DNA of 63,851 nucleotides, the filler included. It is 4 parts of 4 records of this genome, joined end to end, with 100 filler letters (N's around TTAATTAATTAA, not from the genome) between each part and the next. Parts side by side here need not be neighbours in the genome. Positions count along the whole stretch, not along the records: positions 14,167 to 36,621 come from SRR20825006_433; positions 36,722 to 57,515 come from SRR20825006_435; 2 more parts are not named here. One strand, written 5' to 3'. Positions 33,369 through 43,388 of the stretch are shown here, one piece after another (position 1 is the first letter of the stretch; each line of letters begins with the position of its first letter). A program made the position numbers and the translations under genes. The notes beneath the pieces were generated by a model that was not told the origin of the DNA, made no database searches, and saw nothing but the letters and a program-made list of their open reading frames with translations.

Positions 33369-34064
33369 TTAAGGTGTGTGCCGCATGGCATTCAAGGCGC
33401 CGGAGAAAAACTCCCGCCTCACGAGGATCAGTACGACAGACAGGGTGCCCACCATGAAAAGCCAGGGGCTGAAAAACCAGCCCAGCACCGCAAGGCCAAA
33501 AAAATTTGCGCGTAATCCCCTGTTAAAATGATGCCCACATAATGCCGCCAAGCGGGATGCAGCGGCCGCGCGTGCTGCCGCGATATCAGTTCCGCCATCT
33601 TCCGGTTCGCACATGGCACCAACGGTAATCGCACAATAATTGGCGAGCCTTATGGCCCAGGCGAATTTGAAAAATGCATAAACAAAAATCCCCAAAAGCA
33701 GGCTAAGTTTGATAGCCCAGCGGCCCGGTGAAATCGGCTCTGCAAAGGGAATTGAAGAGAAAGCAGTGCTCAGGTCCTCGTTGTAAGCAAGGCCCGCAAT
33801 CAACCCACCAATCACAAAAATATTGGTAGACGCAAAAATGCTGATGCCTGAGACGAGCACCCCAAGTATGGAGCTATCGATCATGCGAAACTCACGAAAC
33901 CGTGCGGCCTGCATCCAATTGTCGCGCTGACGATCCATCGCGGCAGAGATAGACTTCTTCCGAAGCGTGCTATGGTCGGTAATGAGCGTATAAAGACTAA
34001 CGACAACCGCAAAAAACACCAGCGCCCACATGTCTATCGTGCGCATATGATCCAAAATCTGCAT
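33369..34064 (-). CDS. DUF599 family membrane protein
   Basis: FASTNI, YAFFKFAWAIR, HFNRGLRA, RREF. Confidence 0.85.
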   Translation of the reverse strand: MQILDHMRTIDMWALVFFAVVVSLYTLITDHSTLRKKSISAAMDRQRDNWMQAARFREFRMIDSSILGVLVSGISIFASTNIFVIGGLIAGLAYNEDLSTAFSSIPFAEPISPGRWAIKLSLLLGIFVYAFFKFAWAIRLANYCAITVGAMCEPEDGGTDIAAARAAAASRLAALCGHHFNRGLRANFFGLAVLGWFFSPWLFMVGTLSVVLILVRREFFSGALNAMRHTP

Positions 34065-34178
34065 ATTGTTGTTGCCCTGCCTCAGCCATGAAACGATTTG
34101 AACATCACAGCAACACTGTAAATGGTTTCCATTTCAGATGTCATGTGATTTGCTTAAAAACACTGAAGGAGCCGATAG

Positions 34179-34934
34179 ATGCGGCTATTACTGGTTATTG
34201 TTTTTCTCATCAGCGTGCCGAGCTTCGCGCAGGACATCAGCTATTCCTCCATAGAGCGTGGCAGGGAAGTGTTTAAACGCTGCCAGAATTGCCACACCAT
34301 TGATGAAGATGGTTATCACCGCGCAGGCCCTAATCTCTATGGGGTTTTGGGCAGGAAAATAGCGTCGCTGCCAGATTTTGACTATAGCCCTGCCCTCAAG
34401 GAGTACGGCGGGGTCTGGACTACTGAGGCGCTTGATAGCTTTATCGAACGCCCAGGTCATGTGGCTGTGGGAACAGATATGACCTTCCGCGGTATCCGCA
34501 ATAAAGGTGATCGGCAGGCCCTAACCTATTTTCTGGCACTACAGGGCAAAGGTACTGTGAACATCGAGGTAACAGATACGCTCTTGGCTGTTTTGGGTGA
34601 AGGCGATGCAGCCCGCGGCAAACGCCTGTTTCGCCCTTGCCGCACATGCCACAGCTTCAAGAAGGGAGCCAGCCACAAGGTCGGCCCCAACCTCTACGGC
34701 ATTGTCGGTCGTGAGATAGCCTCAGCCCCCGGCTTTGGCTATAGCGAGCAACTTATCCGGCACAAAGGCACATGGACACCTGAGCACTTGAATAGCTTCA
34801 TATTTGAAGAAAAGAAATTCACCCAGGGCACCCATCTGGCATTTCGTCCACTCACCGAACTGTCTGACCGCGCAGACCTGATTGCGTGGCTCAGAACGCT
34901 CTCCCCAGACTATTTGGAGAAAGAGCCGCGCTAG
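34179..34934 (+). CDS. Di-heme cytochrome c (tandem c2-like domains)
   Basis: CQNCH and CRTCH, each followed by GPNLYG. Confidence 0.92.
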   Translation: MRLLLVIVFLISVPSFAQDISYSSIERGREVFKRCQNCHTIDEDGYHRAGPNLYGVLGRKIASLPDFDYSPALKEYGGVWTTEALDSFIERPGHVAVGTDMTFRGIRNKGDRQALTYFLALQGKGTVNIEVTDTLLAVLGEGDAARGKRLFRPCRTCHSFKKGASHKVGPNLYGIVGREIASAPGFGYSEQLIRHKGTWTPEHLNSFIFEEKKFTQGTHLAFRPLTELSDRADLIAWLRTLSPDYLEKEPR

Positions 34935-35218
34935 AACGAGGCGTAAAAGCTGCGCTTCTCTCGGATAATCATCACAATTCTCCTGCGATGAATGAGCTCT
35001 GCACCGTATGAAACGGCCCAATCAATCCGTGGCCCGAAAAGGTCGAAGTGCTCTTTTTCTGTGCCACGATGCTGCAGCCACGCGGGCGCCATACCAATCT
35101 GGTGCGCAAAGGCGGTCAGCTCGAAGGTACCCTCAACGCCAGCGATATCCGAGATCAGGTGGGATGACGGGCCAAACCTGTGGCCCCAATCCGTTGGTGC
35201 GTCAATAAAGATAGCCAT
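34931..35218 (-). CDS. DUF4031 family protein
   Basis: SHLISD, ELTAFA..IG, WLQ, HFDL. Confidence 0.75.
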   Translation of the reverse strand: MAIFIDAPTDWGHRFGPSSHLISDIAGVEGTFELTAFAHQIGMAPAWLQHRGTEKEHFDLFGPRIDWAVSYGAELIHRRRIVMIIREKRSFYASF

Positions 35219-35283
35219 ATGGGCAAGATGCCTAACTTCCGGCTGACCAGCAAGCCTGATCAGCCATAACACTCAGCTGGCGC

Positions 35284-36474
35284 TTAGGCGACGCTTGCTA
35301 TCGCTTTCGCCACATATGGGATATTGGCATCTGTCAGGCCCGCCACATTGATGCGGCCATTCCCCGGGAAATAGATCGACTTCTCGCGTTGCAGCACAGC
35401 AACCTGCTCGGGGCTTAAGTTGAGAAGTGAGAACATCCCTGTTTGCCGTGCAACAGCACCAAACCTATCACCAAGCCCTTCCGCCTCCAGCGCCGCAGCA
35501 AGTGAGCCACGGAGGCCGTTGATACGGTCGCGCATGGCGTTCAGCTCTTCGGCCCAAGCGGCCATTAACCCGGCGTCCTGCATCACGGTGGTGGCCAAGG
35601 CCGCACCGTGTGAAGGCGGCATTGAATAATTAGCCCGGGCAAGCTGCGCAAGGTTTGTCACCAATGCATCACGCATCCCGTCTTTCTCGCCCTTGATGAA
35701 CAAGGCGCCGGTGCGTTCACGGTACAGTCCAAAGTTTTTGGAACAGGAATAGGACAGGAGAGCTTCGGGTAGCGCAGAGAAGATCGAGCGCACGGCGGCT
35801 GCGTCTTCATCAAGGCCAGCGGCAAAGCCCTGATAGGCCATATCAAGGAACGGTACCAAGCCTTTGCGCACCAAAAGAGCTTGCACTTTCGCCCAATCCG
35901 CAGCGCTCAAGTCGGCCCCGGTTGGGTTATGGCAACAGGCATGCAATAGCACAACATCACCGGCTTTTGCCGCCTCTAATGAGGTCAGCATGGCCTCTAT
36001 CTCGATTGTCGACGTTTGACGGTTATAATAGTCGTACACCTTGTGCTTAAGCCCTGCGGCTGCGAGGGTTGGCACATGGTTCGCCCAAGTTGGGTTACTC
36101 ACCCACACGGTGGTTTCAGGGTCGGCGAATGCGATCATTTCAAACGCAAGCCGTAGCGCACCGCAACCGCCGGGAGTTTGGATAGCGCCCAGCTTGTCGC
36201 CCATTTTTTCAACCAAAACATCGCCAAACACCAGGTTGGCGCAACCGTCCGTGAAGCCTGGCCACCCCGTTGGAGAAATATACACCTTACTGCCCTCAGA
36301 CGCGCTTAGGCGATCAAAGGCACTTTGCACTGCACCCAGAATAGGTGTTTTACCGTCGGCTGTTTTATAGACACCGACACCAAGGTCGACTTTGGCCGGG
36401 TTGCTGTCCGCTTTATAGAGCGCGGAAAGGCCGAGAATCGGGTCAGCTGGCAACGGATTTAGGTGCGAAAACAT
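35284..36474 (-). CDS. aspC: Aspartate/aromatic amino acid aminotransferase
   Basis: DPILGL, DLGVGVY, HACCHNPTG, DMAYQGF, SCSKNFGLYRERTG. Confidence 0.93.
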   Translation of the reverse strand: MFSHLNPLPADPILGLSALYKADSNPAKVDLGVGVYKTADGKTPILGAVQSAFDRLSASEGSKVYISPTGWPGFTDGCANLVFGDVLVEKMGDKLGAIQTPGGCGALRLAFEMIAFADPETTVWVSNPTWANHVPTLAAAGLKHKVYDYYNRQTSTIEIEAMLTSLEAAKAGDVVLLHACCHNPTGADLSAADWAKVQALLVRKGLVPFLDMAYQGFAAGLDEDAAAVRSIFSALPEALLSYSCSKNFGLYRERTGALFIKGEKDGMRDALVTNLAQLARANYSMPPSHGAALATTVMQDAGLMAAWAEELNAMRDRINGLRGSLAAALEAEGLGDRFGAVARQTGMFSLLNLSPEQVAVLQREKSIYFPGNGRINVAGLTDANIPYVAKAIASVA

Positions 36475-36580
36475 AAGAAGCCTCGTTTTTGGAAGGTGAT
36501 GAGCGTCGAATATTAGTTACATATGTAACAATTTGTAAAGAGCGAACACCACAAGCGTACAGGGCTAACTTCAGATAAAG

Positions 36581-36621
36581 TGGCGATCCCGCGAGGACTC
36601 GAACCCCGAACCTGCTGATTA
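36581..36621 (-). tRNA. tRNA 3' half, probably tRNA-Arg (YCT)
   Basis: Minus strand reads TAATCAGCAGGTTCGGGGTTCGAGTCCTCGCGGGATCGCCA; anticodon cut by the spacer. Confidence 0.7.
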
Positions 36622-36721
36622 NNNNNNNNNNNNNNNNNNNNNNNNNNNNNNNNNNNNNNNNNNNNTTAATTAATTAANNNNNNNNNNNNNNNNNNNNNNN
36701 NNNNNNNNNNNNNNNNNNNNN
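36622..36721. other. Artificial contig spacer
   Basis: N-run + TTAATTAATTAA + N-run. Confidence 0.98.
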
Positions 36722-36997
36722 AGTGTCGCCGGTATCACCTTTCGGGCCTTGTGGGCCTGCCGGGCCCCTCAGTGCTAGCGGCGTCCAGTTGTCTGAGTTG
36801 CTCGGCAGTACGCCCTTGCAGGGCGTGTCGCATACGTAGCTACTGCCCTGCCAAAACACCACGTCGCCGACAAAGTAGTCGGCATCATTGTTGTAGCCAC
36901 CCCGCCAACGCAGGTTTGCAGCCGCCGCCAATGCCTCTACTGCTTTCGCAGCGACTGCCAGGCTGAGTAGCTCGCCGCGCCGATTAGGCTTTCTCAC
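36722..36997 (-). CDS. Phage protein with carbohydrate-binding-like motif and collagen repeats (3'-truncated)
   Basis: WRGGY...YFVGDVVFWQGSSYVC...W followed by GPAGPQGPKGDTGDT. Confidence 0.7.
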
Positions 36998-38483
36998 TAT
37001 CCATGCCTTTCAGCAATGCCATCGCCGCCTCGACCACCGGATCGTCATCACTATTATCTTGCTGGCGCTGACCGTTGCCCGGCTGACGCGGGTCGGTGTC
37101 GAGAGTGAAGCCTTTTTGGTCGAGCAGATCGATAAGCTTTTTGATTTCATCCATTACCTGCTCGGGGTCGCCGCCACGCGAGCGGATCTGGTCGAACAGG
37201 CTTTCGTAGCCCGCGCGCGCCGCTAGGATCATGGCGGGAATTTCTCGCGTTGGGTCTTGCAGTTCGCGCCGTGGCGGGGTCCAACCCCATTCAACGCCGG
37301 TGGTATCAATGCCTGCCAGCATGGCGGCCTCGCTCCACCATTGGGCTATGCGTCCGCATAGCCGAGGGATTAGCAGGGTGCCGCGCCATTGGTCGATATT
37401 GCGCTGAAATTCCAGCCAGCCGATGCGGCCGCTGGAGTAGTTCACTTGGCGCAGGTTGCCGGTGAGCGATTCATAGCTGACGCCGTAAGCAATGGCGATA
37501 GCGCGCTGTTCTTCGTTTACGTATTCCGCGTGGCCGCTCACAGCGGGTGGGTTGTTAAAGATTACGTCTTGCCCGTAGCCCAGCTCGGGGAACATGCCGG
37601 GCTCTAAGCGCTCTGGCAGCAATCCGCCCTTGGCGTCTTGATCCTCGTTTTTAATCACGCCACCGAAACAGGCCGCGACTTTCATCTGCTCCAGGCGAGC
37701 GTCCTGAAAATCATCGAGCGCCTTCATTCGCATAAAAGCGGCGACACCACGCGGAATACCGCGTACCTGCCCTGGGCGAAGCACTTCAAACAGGTGGATC
37801 ACCTGGTCGGCAGAGGCAAAGCGACTGGTTGCTAGCGCACCGCTGCGCTCGCCGGGGTGCTGGTCAAATAGCCAATAGCCTTTACGTTCACCATCTTTGC
37901 TGAACACGACGCCCTGAATAGTTTGCTCGCCGTTGGCACTGCGCTCATTTTTGTTGTGGTCTAGATAGTCGCCCTCCAGCACACGCAAGCGCAGAGGTAC
38001 ACGCAAACCCGGCGTGCGCTTGAATTGCCGCACAATAAGCGCCTCGCCCGATTCAGCCAGGGTGCGCATGGCCAGTGCTTCCATGCCGTAGAGGGTGTGC
38101 AGGCCGTCGTAGTCGGCTAGGGTATTACTGGCCCACAGGTTCATTTCGCGCTGCGCGGTTTCAACACGCTTTTTTGCATTGCCGGTTGCGTAAGGGCGAA
38201 TGCCGGTACCCACGGTGTTGGTGGTGATCACCCTTACAGCCGCTGACGCGTAGGGGTTGTTGCGCACGAGCTCGCGTGACCGGGCACGCAATAGCGGCAA
38301 GCCAGCGCGAATTTCAGCATTGGCGCTGGTATCGCTGCCACGCGTCCAGGTGTTGCGCCGCCCCTTGCCGGCAGCATCGTAGCCGTTTTGGGCATCCAGC
38401 ATTTTAATCTGGGCACGCGCACGCACCCGACTAAGGGCCCGCTGAGGCGAGAAAACAGCAATGCTCTTATCGAGCAGGTTCAT
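36984..38483 (-). CDS. Phage portal protein, lambda family
   Basis: LRARSRELVRNNPYA, RPGQVRGIP, YESLTGN...VNYSSGR, DPTRE. Confidence 0.95.
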   Translation of the reverse strand: MNLLDKSIAVFSPQRALSRVRARAQIKMLDAQNGYDAAGKGRRNTWTRGSDTSANAEIRAGLPLLRARSRELVRNNPYASAAVRVITTNTVGTGIRPYATGNAKKRVETAQREMNLWASNTLADYDGLHTLYGMEALAMRTLAESGEALIVRQFKRTPGLRVPLRLRVLEGDYLDHNKNERSANGEQTIQGVVFSKDGERKGYWLFDQHPGERSGALATSRFASADQVIHLFEVLRPGQVRGIPRGVAAFMRMKALDDFQDARLEQMKVAACFGGVIKNEDQDAKGGLLPERLEPGMFPELGYGQDVIFNNPPAVSGHAEYVNEEQRAIAIAYGVSYESLTGNLRQVNYSSGRIGWLEFQRNIDQWRGTLLIPRLCGRIAQWWSEAAMLAGIDTTGVEWGWTPPRRELQDPTREIPAMILAARAGYESLFDQIRSRGGDPEQVMDEIKKLIDLLDQKGFTLDTDPRQPGNGQRQQDNSDDDPVVEAAMALLKGMDSEKA

Positions 38484-38692
38484 TACTGGTAACCCTTATC
38501 AAATGTGGGTGCGTAATAACGCGGCGCGCGGCTTTGACTGCTGGCTTGCAGCTCGGCCTCCATCGAACGGAGCACCGAGCGCATTTCGGTTAAGCTGCGA
38601 TATTTCACCGTTTTACCGTTGTGTGTGACTTCGGTGGCACCCAGGGCAATCGCCTCTTTGAGTGCATCGACGTGTTCTTGGGTATATGCCAT
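38483..38692 (-). CDS. Head-tail joining protein (gpW-like)
   Basis: ALKEAIALG, VKYRSLTEM; located between terL and portal. Confidence 0.85.
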   Translation of the reverse strand: MAYTQEHVDALKEAIALGATEVTHNGKTVKYRSLTEMRSVLRSMEAELQASSQSRAPRYYAPTFDKGYQ

Positions 38693-40788
38693 TACCGGTC
38701 CCAGTAGTTTGATTTGCGCCGCGCGGTTGGCTTGGCGTCGTCAATGTCTTTGGCTACTAGCGCGCCAGCCTGGTCAAAGAGATTGGCTTGTAGTAGTTGC
38801 CGCTCCATGTCGTCCCACTGCGATGGCCGCAGCTGGTTGACTCGGCGGGCTCTCGCGGCATGCAGTGCGTAGACTTCGCAGTCCCATGCTTCTACCGGCC
38901 GCCCCGGCTTTTGCTCCCACACTTTGCGACCTTTGAGCCGCCGCGACGGTATCTTTGCTTCACCAGTCATTTGCTCGAAGTAGTCAGCGCGCATTTGCTC
39001 TGGGTTGTAGTAGTGGAAGCGACCGGGGCCACTACCCTCAAAGCCCATACTGGTACTGATCAGGTCTTTCGCTTTGTTGGTGCCAACGAAATACAGCTTC
39101 ACGCCAAGGCGGTCGGCCTTGGTCATTTTGTCGGGGCGCCGGTGATCTAAGCTCTTCGCGCGAGGCTGTGTGAATATCTCTGGGTCAACGCTGGATGACC
39201 CCTTAATCGCCATCAGCAGCACGCTCGGGTATTTCTTGCTGCGACTACGCACCCAATTCAGCACCGCCTCGCTGGTGGTGCCGTCGGATGAGTCAATGGA
39301 GATTGCCGAGGCATAAATGGCCGCGCCGCTCGCATGTTTGAAGGGCCTGAATACCAGGTCATCAAGCGCCGACCAGACCGCATCGGTTTCGTCTGCCGTG
39401 CGACGCTCGGCGGCAATCTCGCCCCAGTACATCAGCCAGCTTTCAGCGTCACGCCCCCATGCACGAATGATTACGGCCAAGCGGTTGTGCTGCACGTCGA
39501 TGCCGATGGTGACGAGCAACCCCTTCTCGGGGCAATGCAGCTCGTCGTGCTGTGAATCGGGGTCCGCCAGCGCACGCTCGCGATATACCTCGGCATCTTC
39601 GCGGCTGTCTTTCAGCTCGTAGGGTTTACCGAGCTTTGAGTTCACAAACACGATCTGCTTGGTGTTGTCGCCAATCGCGGCGTAGTGCTCGGCCTCCAGG
39701 TAGTCTTTAACGAGCTCAACAACACCAACGCCCGGCAAGCAGCTGTACAGCTCGTTGAGATTGCAAAAGCCAGCTACACCGGCGAAGGGCTGCGTCGGCA
39801 CCCAGCCGCAGTAGGGGTCGCCCTCTTCCATGGCCGCCGCCACAGTGTTGCGAATGTTTTCCTTGCGCTGGAAATCGTCCCAGACGCTGCCGCAATGAGG
39901 GCAGCAGTAAACCGCCATATCGGGGCGGTTGTAGGCAAAGATCGGGTGCTTCTCGCCGACGGGATCACTACCAGCCTGCCAACCATGGACGTACTCAAAA
40001 TCAAGCACATGCTTCTCGCCACAGTCGTGGCACGCGACGGGCAGCTCGCGCTTATCCGACAGCTCTATGTATTGCTCAACCTTGCTGAAGCCTTTCAGCG
40101 ACGGTGTACCGCCCAGAATTTTCTTTGGGTACCGAACGCGCTTGGTGCGCTCAAATAGCAGCTTGATCGAGTCGCCCTGGTCGCCTACGTTGTCGGCGGC
40201 GTCATCAGGCTCTTCCACAAACACGAAATCGGCTGTCGTCGACTTCACGTTCCCCGCGGCGTTGGACCCGAACATTTCCAGGAACCCGCCATCGAACTCT
40301 TTGCGCAGCATGCTGCCACCAGACTTGCGACTGCCGGTGAAATTGATACGGCTGGCGATCTCTGGTGTTGCCTTGCCAATGGGGTTGAACTTGGTTTGGC
40401 TAAATTTCTTCGCGGCACTGTCGGTGGCAAACATCCCAAGAATGACCCCTGGGTGCCGACAAATGCGCTTAGCGATGTAACAAATCAGGGCCGTGGTCCA
40501 CAGCACCTGCGCGGCTTTCTGGCAGTAAATCTCCGGTGTTGCTGGGTCATCAATTGCCGCAAAAATGCCGTACAAGTGAGGGCCGTAATACAGGTCAAAC
40601 TCTCGCTGAAGCGCGCCAGTTTCGCGAGGCAGCACAATGTTTTTCTGCGCCCACTGCGCCGTTGGCTCAGGAGGCGGTGGTACCAGTTGCTGTATCGTCT
40701 CCGATAATATCTTGGCCAAGTTCTGCCGCGCGTTTTGCAGCAGACTCAAGGGCAAGTCGGAAGGGAGCCCGGATAAACTCATCGTCAA
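38692..40788 (-). CDS. Terminase large subunit (lambda gpA family)
   Basis: KAAQV Walker-A-like, FVEEPD, GGTP, CxxC pairs, GIDVQ nuclease motif, EAWDCEVYA; start codon uncertain. Confidence 0.93.
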   Translation of the reverse strand: MTMSLSGLPSDLPLSLLQNARQNLAKILSETIQQLVPPPPEPTAQWAQKNIVLPRETGALQREFDLYYGPHLYGIFAAIDDPATPEIYCQKAAQVLWTTALICYIAKRICRHPGVILGMFATDSAAKKFSQTKFNPIGKATPEIASRINFTGSRKSGGSMLRKEFDGGFLEMFGSNAAGNVKSTTADFVFVEEPDDAADNVGDQGDSIKLLFERTKRVRYPKKILGGTPSLKGFSKVEQYIELSDKRELPVACHDCGEKHVLDFEYVHGWQAGSDPVGEKHPIFAYNRPDMAVYCCPHCGSVWDDFQRKENIRNTVAAAMEEGDPYCGWVPTQPFAGVAGFCNLNELYSCLPGVGVVELVKDYLEAEHYAAIGDNTKQIVFVNSKLGKPYELKDSREDAEVYRERALADPDSQHDELHCPEKGLLVTIGIDVQHNRLAVIIRAWGRDAESWLMYWGEIAAERRTADETDAVWSALDDLVFRPFKHASGAAIYASAISIDSSDGTTSEAVLNWVRSRSKKYPSVLLMAIKGSSSVDPEIFTQPRAKSLDHRRPDKMTKADRLGVKLYFVGTNKAKDLISTSMGFEGSGPGRFHYYNPEQMRADYFEQMTGEAKIPSRRLKGRKVWEQKPGRPVEAWDCEVYALHAARARRVNQLRPSQWDDMERQLLQANLFDQAGALVAKDIDDAKPTARRKSNYWDR

Positions 40789-41182
40789 CGTCTAGCTGGT
40801 GCTGCGATCGCAGGCCTTCCAACACCTTACTTTCGGCGTTGCTCACCTGACTGCGCACCGTGCCAAATACCTCGCTTAAAATTCGGGAAACGTCCTCAGC
40901 GATTACCAGCGCACCCTCTCGCTCCAGACGGTCGTATTTCATAGCCAGAGTCTTTTCCCTGGACTCCTCGATTCGCGCTGTCGTCAGCTCACTAGCAGCC
41001 TCGCCCCCACGGCCGGCCGCCTCTTCTCTCAAGAGCTCGCAATAAACCTTCAGCCACTCTGCGTAACTCAAGCCTTTCTTAAAGTCGCCCTTCTCACAGC
41101 GCTTTTGGATCGCCTGCCGGGAAACACCAACCAAGCCAGCGAAGCCAACTTGCGTTGCCTTGTCAGTCAGCGTGATCGACAC
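40667..41182 (-). CDS. Terminase small subunit (Nu1-like)
   Basis: N-terminal HTH (TQVGFAGLVGVSRQAIQK), LREEAAGR, coiled coil; directly upstream of terL. Confidence 0.85.
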   Translation of the reverse strand: MSITLTDKATQVGFAGLVGVSRQAIQKRCEKGDFKKGLSYAEWLKVYCELLREEAAGRGGEAASELTTARIEESREKTLAMKYDRLEREGALVIAEDVSRILSEVFGTVRSQVSNAESKVLEGLRSQHQLDVDDEFIRAPFRLALESAAKRAAELGQDIIGDDTATGTTAS

Positions 41183-41294
41183 CCAAACCCCCTCGCCATG
41201 ACAACCCCCCTTAGGAGCCAGCCATTAATCAAAAAACGCGCCTCTCGCCGTCGAGGGGTGTGCCCCCGCCCGGAAGAACCTATACCCCCCCTGC

Positions 41295-41765
41295 CTACAG
41301 CTCTACACTGAAGACCAGCGCCGCGCCCGCACCGAAATAGGCAAGCGTTGTCGACGCGTTATCGGAGATAGGTAATCGAGCTGTTGCCATTGCCCACGGG
41401 TGTAGCTTTTGCATTAATGGCCAGGCTTTGCCGAACTGGCCTGCGAGCGCCGGGTTGACGATGTTGCTCAAGCTCGGCAGCTTCTCCCGGTACCCAGTTA
41501 CCAGCCCAACCTCTCCACCCAGCGCAACAGGCCCAACCGTCACACCGTGCAAATACCGCGTGAGCAAGAAGCTGTCCCAACTGTGTGAATTGCGCATGTA
41601 ACGCAGATTCCACTTGCTACCAGCAATACCCTCGCAGCCAATCAACGGGCCGTTTTCGTTGTAATCACCAGACTCAAAGTGAGTCACCAGCATGCCCACG
41701 TTCACCCGGTCACAGGCGAGCGTTGGCCCCGCTATTAAAAGCGCGCAAAGAATGAGATATCGCAT
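41295..41765 (-). CDS. Secreted/outer-membrane protein (small beta-barrel-like)
   Basis: Signal peptide; H...YNEN, YMRNS, GLVTGY pattern. Confidence 0.6.
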   Translation of the reverse strand: MRYLILCALLIAGPTLACDRVNVGMLVTHFESGDYNENGPLIGCEGIAGSKWNLRYMRNSHSWDSFLLTRYLHGVTVGPVALGGEVGLVTGYREKLPSLSNIVNPALAGQFGKAWPLMQKLHPWAMATARLPISDNASTTLAYFGAGAALVFSVEL

Positions 41766-41809
41766 GGTTGTGCCTCCGGCAAAATACCGTGAGTGATTAG
41801 AACGATTGT

Positions 41810-42109
41810 TCAGTGATTTAGGATTAAGCCGCTGGCTGCCCCTGGTGTAGACTCCGCCGGGCTAACGTTAAGTAGCTCATAGCCCTGCTCTATCTTCAGG
41901 TCTGCAGCATTAAGTGCTTCGAGCATATCGACTGAGCTTGGCGAGGCGTCGAGCGACACCTCGATGCCATGATCAAGAACGCCAATCACTGCAGAATCCA
42001 TTAGCACTGGCACTACCGAAACCTGCGCTATGGCAGAGCAGGCAATAAGCAAGCAGACTAGGCCGATCACGATGGTCGATCGATGCAACACACGCAGCGC
42101 GTTGTTCAT
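41810..42109 (-). CDS. Hypothetical membrane-anchored protein in lysis region
   Basis: N-terminal TM segment; 4-bp overlap with the upstream gene. Confidence 0.55.
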   Translation of the reverse strand: MNNALRVLHRSTIVIGLVCLLIACSAIAQVSVVPVLMDSAVIGVLDHGIEVSLDASPSSVDMLEALNAADLKIEQGYELLNVSPAESTPGAASGLILNH

Positions 42110-42405
42110 GGAATCCTCGCCTCAACTCGGTCAACATCACGGCGCAACGACTTAGTCTCGGTTTTCAGTGAAGAAATATCCGCCTCATGAGTGCCGGACT
42201 TGTCCACCAGCCGCCGAGTAACCTCCCCATAAATACGCACGCCATTCTCGATGTTCAGAACGGCCTGCGCGTTCTTGGCGATCTCGGCAGCCGCCCTTGC
42301 CTCTTTCGCCGCGCGCTCATCTCGCTTGGCATCCCAATGCAGATACAGCGGAATCACCAAGCCGACTATCGCAACCAACAGGCCAACCTCAACCTTTCGC
42401 GCCAT
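42106..42405 (-). CDS. TM + coiled-coil protein in lysis cassette
   Basis: MARKVEVGLLVAIVGLVIPLY followed by a heptad-like region. Confidence 0.6.
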   Translation of the reverse strand: MARKVEVGLLVAIVGLVIPLYLHWDAKRDERAAKEARAAAEIAKNAQAVLNIENGVRIYGEVTRRLVDKSGTHEADISSLKTETKSLRRDVDRVEARIP

Positions 42406-42413
42406 TGCAGTAC

Positions 42414-42902
42414 TCAAGACATCAGCCTCGTCTTCTCCGCACTGGATCGCGTCGTCCCAATCCAATACACAACGCTTGCCACCCACAGAGCAATCAGCTG
42501 ACCACCGAAGTAATTCACCATATCGCGGTTCGCATCTGGCACATCCACCTGAAACAACGCCAGGCCATACACCAGCGCCATCAGGGTCATCACCAACGTA
42601 ATCACCGCAGGCATTGGGCTGTGCTTATGATTCGCCCGTGCATTCTGCACATCCGCAATCTCAGCCTTTGCCAGCTCTACTGCCATCTGCTCAAGTTCGG
42701 CGCGATGATCCGCCTCAATTTGCTTGAGCTTAGCCACCGCATCAGGCCCACCAAGAGCCTTTGCGACAGACTCAGAACCGCCATCAACACCAAGGCCAGC
42801 AGCAACAAGAGCACCAACAGTGCCGCCAGCAGGCCCAGCCAATACCGATCCCAGCAGGGGCGCCACCTTGCCAATATCTTTTGCAATGCTCGACCAGCTC
42901 AT
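42414..42902 (-). CDS. Putative holin (3-TM family)
   Basis: APLLGSVLAGPAGG N-terminus, two C-terminal TM segments, YWIG..RSS. Confidence 0.7.
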   Translation of the reverse strand: MSWSSIAKDIGKVAPLLGSVLAGPAGGTVGALVAAGLGVDGGSESVAKALGGPDAVAKLKQIEADHRAELEQMAVELAKAEIADVQNARANHKHSPMPAVITLVMTLMALVYGLALFQVDVPDANRDMVNYFGGQLIALWVASVVYWIGTTRSSAEKTRLMS

Positions 42903-43363
42903 GCCGCTGCCGCCCCCATATCTAAATCAACAAACGCAATCGTCAGATCGCCCTCAAACGCCGCGCCCACAACCATCCGATACAAACGCGTGTAGGCACT
43001 AACACTGGCCACCAGCCGCATTGCACCGTGCGTGGTCACCACATCATCACCCACCAGCAAGCACCCAGCTGTGTCCGCATCTGTGTTGCCGCAGTGGATC
43101 AAAATAAACTCAAAGCCAGGCACACCCTGCACATGCAACATGCCCTGATGAAACGCAGAAAAGCGCTTCGCATACCGGGCATGAAAACCGCCCATCGTTC
43201 GCAGCCCAACCGAATAAACACCAGCAGGAATACGCGTCTCGCCTGCCACCTTCACATCGCGCCGCTCATCCTCAAGGCCAAAGCACACCCGCTCGCCATC
43301 CACAAGCACCTCAGACGCCGTCGAATCACCATCCGACAAAAAGCGCTCTACGCGAATATGCAT
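42899..43363 (-). CDS. DUF5675-family protein, putative endolysin
   Basis: GLED, TRIPAGVY, ILIHCGNT..DTAGCLLVG; adjacent to the holin. Confidence 0.75.
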   Translation of the reverse strand: MHIRVERFLSDGDSTASEVLVDGERVCFGLEDERRDVKVAGETRIPAGVYSVGLRTMGGFHARYAKRFSAFHQGMLHVQGVPGFEFILIHCGNTDADTAGCLLVGDDVVTTHGAMRLVASVSAYTRLYRMVVGAAFEGDLTIAFVDLDMGAAAA

Positions 43364-43388
43364 GGCAAAGCCTCAACACAGCACAAAT

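Noticed and set aside
41183-41294. Exact cos site upstream of terS
   Set aside because: The position is plausible, but no cohesive-end sequence can be identified from sequence alone.
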